Below, piece by piece: positions 25,486 to 29,461 of a stretch of 29,461 bases of DNA; positions within the stretch are counted from its first letter, which is position 1, and each line of letters begins with the position of its first letter. Below the pieces are notes generated by a model. The model was not told the origin of the DNA. It was given only the letters and a program-made list of their open reading frames with translations, and made no database searches. The DNA lies in the IMG/VR virus record IMGVR_UViG_2565956711_000012, one strand, 5' to 3'. This DNA comes from a virus (taxonomy: Duplodnaviria > Heunggongvirae > Uroviricota > Caudoviricetes). The translations under genes were made by a program, and so were the position numbers.

Positions 25486-26424
25486 TTATTCCTCGTTCAG
25501 ATTGCTGTGACCCAGTTCCAGCATCGCAGACTGGATGTGTGACGTACCGATGGTCTCACCCTTGCCCTGTGCATAAATCCCCGCCAGCGGAAGGATGTGA
25601 GACAGAGAACGGAGAGCGCCGGGACGACGGGCGATCATCTTCAACAGTTTCCGTTCCTCCTGTCCGCTGACCTGCCAGGCATCACAAAAACTGTCCACAT
25701 CTCCGGCTGATACGGTATTGATGACGTATTTTTTAGAGACGCGGGAGAACAGACGGGCGAAGTCCACACTGCGTTGTCCACCTGTCAGGCGGTCGTAGAC
25801 TTTATGGTTTCCGACCAGCGCCAGACCAACACCGCATTCCTCCTGGAGAATACGCAATTCTTCTACGGCATCCAGACTCAGCCAGTCAGCTTCATCCACA
25901 ACAATCAGACCACGCGTATCCGGCAGGCGCTGGCGTAACAGACGGGACAAAGCACCGCGACGATATGGCGCGTCAGCAATCCCCATTTTCAGTGCCAGTT
26001 CGTAAAGCGTTTCCAGTTCGTTGCTGCGGGACTTGCTGGCGGTGATATGCCAGACATTGTTGCCAGTCGCGGCATACTGTCTGATGGCTTTTGTTTTACC
26101 GACGCCGGGATTGCCGTATACCAGTACAATCGTTCCGGCCAGTTGCGCCCACGTCAGGGTGGCGAGAATTTTTTGTGAGGTCGGTGTTTCAACGAAATCC
26201 GGAGCCACGGGCAACGAGGTTTTTGCGGCGTTGTGGCTTTCCAGCCAGGTATTCAGGCTGGCGGCAACCGTATCGTTATCGCCCTTGTATTTCCCGTTAA
26301 GAAACTGAGAGACCGTAGCCGTTGAGGTGCCGGTTTCACGCGCCAGAGCTGCGCCTGAAATAGCTTTGCTGTCAATTAGTTCACGAATGGCACTACGCAC
26401 AACATCATGGTTAATTTGCGTCAT
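25486..26424 (-). CDS. B: transposition ATPase / target DNA activator MuB
   Basis: Walker A GNPGVGKT; N-terminal HTH region; start placed at the internal ATG (MTQINHDVV...) giving about 312 aa, since the ORF-track start at 26448 is a TTG. Confidence 0.85.
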   Translation of the reverse strand: MTQINHDVVRSAIRELIDSKAISGAALARETGTSTATVSQFLNGKYKGDNDTVAASLNTWLESHNAAKTSLPVAPDFVETPTSQKILATLTWAQLAGTIVLVYGNPGVGKTKAIRQYAATGNNVWHITASKSRSNELETLYELALKMGIADAPYRRGALSRLLRQRLPDTRGLIVVDEADWLSLDAVEELRILQEECGVGLALVGNHKVYDRLTGGQRSVDFARLFSRVSKKYVINTVSAGDVDSFCDAWQVSGQEERKLLKMIARRPGALRSLSHILPLAGIYAQGKGETIGTSHIQSAMLELGHSNLNEE

Positions 26425-26492
26425 GATTATTAATCCTGTATTTTTCAAATGGCCTGTACTTAATCAGGTGTTAAAACTGATTCACTTAATTC

Positions 26493-26520
26493 AAAGCGGC
26501 GCTCGCAACGTCGCTTTTTT
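26493..26520. other. stem-loop in the A-B intergenic region flanked by A/T runs
   Basis: AAAGCGGCG-ctcgcaa-CGTCGCTTT followed by TTTTTT on the plus strand; the hairpin is better (G-U wobble) on a plus-strand RNA, weaker with a short U-tract on the minus strand. Confidence 0.3.
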
Positions 26521-28505
26521 TATTTCTGCGACTGTTTCGCTTTATTAACGAACGTCTGAAAAATCACATCATTCTCGGTTTGCGTGTCCTGCATTTCCTC
26601 CACGCGTCTGACGGTATTACCCATATTGAATACGCGCTCAACAACATGACGTTCTGGCAACTCCGTATGTTCTGTCTTCGGTAGCAGGTCGTTAACTTCA
26701 ATCGCTGTCATGCGGTTTAGTGCCTTCGCTGCTTTCTTCGTGCTGCGCATCATTTCACGACGGGCGCGGTTGTGTTCCCGACCAGCCTCGGTATCACCAA
26801 ACGCCACTGCGGCGCGACACTCCGCCATACAGAGGAAGCGGCCATCAAGGTCGTAACAGGCCACTTCACTGTGAAGGTTGCGCGGATCAAAACGGACTGT
26901 AATTTTGCGTGAGCGATGGCTGACAAGTTGCTCACTCCAGTAGGTGTTCTTGCGGCCAAACAGGGTGCCGCCGCTTTCCATCGTGAATTCTCCGGTTGGT
27001 TTCACGCGAACCGACTCTGCCGGCAGCATGAACTGGCGGATTTGTTCTTCAGTTAAACGGGTGATCACAGCCTGGCTGTAGCTTTGTTCGAAAGCCTGAT
27101 CAAAGGACAATTCCCCCCGGCACATTTCCGTTTTACGCTGGGTCTTCCTGTTAAACATGGCGACACCTTCACTGATAATTTCCATAAAGGTCTCAACATC
27201 AACGGCGCGGCTGCCGTAGTTCTCCGGTTTTGAACTGACGTTTTCACCGGCAAATGCACCAGCCAGTGCCGGGTGTTTATCTATGTATTCACCCAGACCA
27301 CCCACACCAAAGGCACGTTCTACGGGTTTAGCCTGGCCCCAGCCTTTACCACCGATAACGCCAGTCCAGTGCAGCTTGATACCCAGCAGAGGGATGATCC
27401 CCATCGGGTCATCTTCACGGACTTTGAACCGATAGCGGTTAGGAACGCCACCAGACAACCATTTGTTCGCCGCTGCACGGGTGTTGTCTATCGTGATGTG
27501 TTGTGGTTTCCCGTAGGTTTTCAGTGTATCCATGAGTGACAGGCGGATACTGTCGCTGTTTTCTGATACATCAGCCCGCCAGCCGACAATTTTGCGGCTG
27601 TGGACGTCCTGCCAGAACCATGTTTTAGGGCGGATGATTTCACCGTTAAACCAGCGGACAAACACGTTGTGCTGATAACCGTCACCGTTAATCCATTCCA
27701 TCGCATGCAACTGCGCGACGGTGCGCTGTTGAGATGGATGCATCTGCGCTAGGGCGTTTTCACCTTCACGGGTGGCAACGACAATACGCGGATCAACTTC
27801 ACGTTCCAGCTTACGACGCAGGGTACGTTCAGCCGGTATGGTCCAGCCATGTGTTTCTGCGGCGATTTCCAGCCGTTCATAGCATTTGGAGAAAAACGGT
27901 GCTTCGTTGCGCAGGTAATCGCCCAGGAAGAATTGCCAGGCATCATCAGAAATTTCAGCCGAACGTCCCGTAACGCGTTTTTCACGAACCCGGCGATCGA
28001 GCAGTACCGGTCCCCAGAGATCAGGGCTGAAGTCCTTCACTTTGTAGTACAGATTGCGCAGCGTTCCTTCACTGATTTGAAGTTGCTTGGCAGCAAGGGT
28101 AATAGCTTTGCGGTTGCCAACACCTGATGCCATCAGCTCAGCCACCAGCGCGGCAGCTTTCGTGCGACGCTCTGCATGCAGTCGCTGTTCGCCTGTTGCT
28201 TTCTCCCAGGCTGACCAGAGACGCTGACGATCAAGGTCGTCAGCAGCCACACGTTCAGGCTCTTGCGGCAAAGTAATGAGTCCGGATGAGGTTTCAATCA
28301 AACCACGAGTTGCCAGCAATTCAGCCCGAACTTCTGGTGGCAATACTGATATGTGGTATTCAAATGCTTTGGTGCCGGCACGTTTGCGGCGTAGCTCACT
28401 GCGACCGCAAACCAGATCCTCAAGTTTTTTCCGTGCATTAGACTCAGCCTGTGGGAAACCACAGACGCCAACGCATTCTTTCACTGATACCCAAAACTCC
28501 ATCAT
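26520..28505 (-). CDS. A: DDE transposase MuA
   Basis: 661-aa ORF; N-terminal winged-helix domain paralogous to repressor c; long stretches (HAMEWINGDGYQHNVFVRWFNGEIIRPKTWFWQDV; GKGWGQAKPVERAFGVGGL) match MuA as I recall it; 4-bp overlap with ner. Confidence 0.9.
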   Translation of the reverse strand: MMEFWVSVKECVGVCGFPQAESNARKKLEDLVCGRSELRRKRAGTKAFEYHISVLPPEVRAELLATRGLIETSSGLITLPQEPERVAADDLDRQRLWSAWEKATGEQRLHAERRTKAAALVAELMASGVGNRKAITLAAKQLQISEGTLRNLYYKVKDFSPDLWGPVLLDRRVREKRVTGRSAEISDDAWQFFLGDYLRNEAPFFSKCYERLEIAAETHGWTIPAERTLRRKLEREVDPRIVVATREGENALAQMHPSQQRTVAQLHAMEWINGDGYQHNVFVRWFNGEIIRPKTWFWQDVHSRKIVGWRADVSENSDSIRLSLMDTLKTYGKPQHITIDNTRAAANKWLSGGVPNRYRFKVREDDPMGIIPLLGIKLHWTGVIGGKGWGQAKPVERAFGVGGLGEYIDKHPALAGAFAGENVSSKPENYGSRAVDVETFMEIISEGVAMFNRKTQRKTEMCRGELSFDQAFEQSYSQAVITRLTEEQIRQFMLPAESVRVKPTGEFTMESGGTLFGRKNTYWSEQLVSHRSRKITVRFDPRNLHSEVACYDLDGRFLCMAECRAAVAFGDTEAGREHNRARREMMRSTKKAAKALNRMTAIEVNDLLPKTEHTELPERHVVERVFNMGNTVRRVEEMQDTQTENDVIFQTFVNKAKQSQK

Positions 28506-28738
28506 GCAACCTCTTTAACAGTCAGATTCTGATAACGCGAAGGCCATATCTCTGATGGCTCCATGTTGAGAAAGTCAGCGATAATTTTCTCCCCTTTGGG
28601 CCAGTGGTGACGGAATACGTTACGTAATGTTGATTCCGCTAGCCCATGACAACGGGATAACTGACTGGTCGTCATTCCGCGTTTTCTAATCGCTGCTTTG
28701 ATGTCTTCAGGGTGCCAGTCTTGGCTTTTGGTCATCAT
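28502..28738 (-). CDS. ner: Ner DNA-binding early regulator
   Basis: 78-aa ORF; DWHPEDIKAAIRKRGMTTSQLSR...HWPKGEKIIADFLNMEPSEIWPSRY matches the Ner family; AAGGA 9 nt upstream of ATG. Confidence 0.8.
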   Translation of the reverse strand: MMTKSQDWHPEDIKAAIRKRGMTTSQLSRCHGLAESTLRNVFRHHWPKGEKIIADFLNMEPSEIWPSRYQNLTVKEVA

Positions 28739-28969
28739 TCTGCGATCCTTAAATATTTACTCGTTGCGGTGAACTAAACTGCTCACCTTTACGTGTAAAA
28801 ATATAGCACACAAAAAATCGAATTCAATCTTTTTGTCAGTCTTTTGTCGGTTTAATCAAATCTAAATAAATCGAATTTAAGTCTTTGATTTTTGTGAAAG
28901 CATGTTTTTACACCATAAAAAATCGAATCGAATTTTTTGTGAGCCAGAAAAAATCGGAAACAGGAGGTA
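28739..28969. promoter_or_regulatory. early operator / divergent promoter region between ner and c (Mu O1-O3 and enhancer equivalent)
   Basis: 231-bp AT-rich non-coding region with two repeat families: AAAAATCGAAT (about 28812, 28866, 28918 and a degenerate copy near 28950) and CTTTTTGT(C/G) (about 28829, 28840, 28888, 28933). Confidence 0.6.
28798..28829 (-). promoter_or_regulatory. candidate sigma-70 early promoter (Pe) driving ner-A-B
   Basis: On the minus strand: TTGAAT, 16-nt spacer, TATATT, placed about 60 nt upstream of the ner ATG. Confidence 0.4.
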
Positions 28970-29461
28970 ATGATGAATGAGCAAACTTGGTTTACGGCTC
29001 AAGAGTGTGCGGGGATGCCCGGATTCCCAAGTGGAGTATCCAATGTACGTAAGCAGTTAGAAAAACTCGCAGAAGGGTTGGACGGAGTGCGGCGGAAACG
29101 AGGAGGGACTAAAGCCACGGAATACCATATATCGATATTGCCTGCACGGACCCAAAATTATCTTGGGTATAGCAACAAAGGACAGCCATCTATGGGAGTT
29201 GAGGATTTCAAGACAAAAAGTGGCTTAGCAAATGATGAGAAGCAAGCACTCTGGATGATGATTTATCAGGGGATGACTGAAGCCCAACGTGAAGCTGTCA
29301 TGGAGATATTTATCACTGGTGGCTTAAAGATGCTTATGCCTGCGGTGCTTGAGTTATCTGATTCAAATCCGGTCCGACAGAAAGAGATTTTCGGACAATG
29401 TGATTCCATTGAAAAGGATAGCCCAGCGTCGAACGTAAGCACGCAAAACAAGGCTGGCTGA
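28970..29461 (+). CDS. c: repressor c (Mu Repc-like)
   Basis: 163-aa ORF divergent from ner; strong AGGAGG SD 5 nt upstream; N-terminal 60 aa are clearly paralogous to the MuA N-terminus (WxxxxECxGxPGFPxxxSNxRKxLExLxxGxxxxRRKRxGTKAxEYHISxLP). Confidence 0.7.
   Translation: MMNEQTWFTAQECAGMPGFPSGVSNVRKQLEKLAEGLDGVRRKRGGTKATEYHISILPARTQNYLGYSNKGQPSMGVEDFKTKSGLANDEKQALWMMIYQGMTEAQREAVMEIFITGGLKMLMPAVLELSDSNPVRQKEIFGQCDSIEKDSPASNVSTQNKAG

Noticed and set aside
25486-26448. TTG start for B (320-aa version)
   Set aside because: The ORF-track start is a TTG; the internal ATG at 26424 gives a 312-aa protein whose N-terminus matches MuB as I recall it.
1-29461. CRISPR arrays, tRNA or rRNA genes, IS elements, integrase
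   Set aside because: No regularly spaced direct repeats, no tRNA-like or rRNA-like sequence, and no integrase or IS transposase seen; the only transposase is MuA of the phage itself.
29300-29461. Mu left-end (attL) MuA binding sites
   Set aside because: Expected beyond the c gene, but the window ends at the c stop codon, so the terminus cannot be assessed here.

Overview
The whole 29.5-kb window lies inside a Mu-like transposable prophage (Mu/D108 type myovirus). Almost every gene is on the minus strand, so the phage map runs from the window end to the window start. Reading in that direction: repressor c (the only plus-strand gene), a repeat-rich operator/enhancer region, ner, transposase A, ATPase B, a short semi-essential region (including Gam and a GemA-like protein), Mor, a lysis block, terminase small and large subunits, portal, F, I (protease/scaffold), major head protein T, head-completion genes, tail sheath, tail tube, chaperone, tape measure, N, P, baseplate genes, and the first 107 codons of the tail fibre. 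Neither prophage end nor any host DNA is in the window. Product calls rest on my recognition of conserved motifs and on Mu gene order, not on database searches. Coordinates of non-coding features were counted by hand and may be off by 1-2 bp. The most interesting items are: (1) an AT-rich moron encoding a membrane-anchored or secreted protein, with its own terminator, sitting where Mu carries the late activator C, and no obvious C homologue anywhere in the window; (2) an identical 16-mer about 60 nt upstream of both the endolysin and I start codons, a candidate late-promoter activator site; (3) TGACGT-N7-TGACGT direct-repeat pairs in two late-region intergenic sites; (4) a non-Mu lysis cassette (GH108 endolysin plus several membrane proteins and a TraR/DksA zinc finger); (5) a possible +1 frameshift extension of the tail chaperone; (6) uncharacterised small early genes next to gam.
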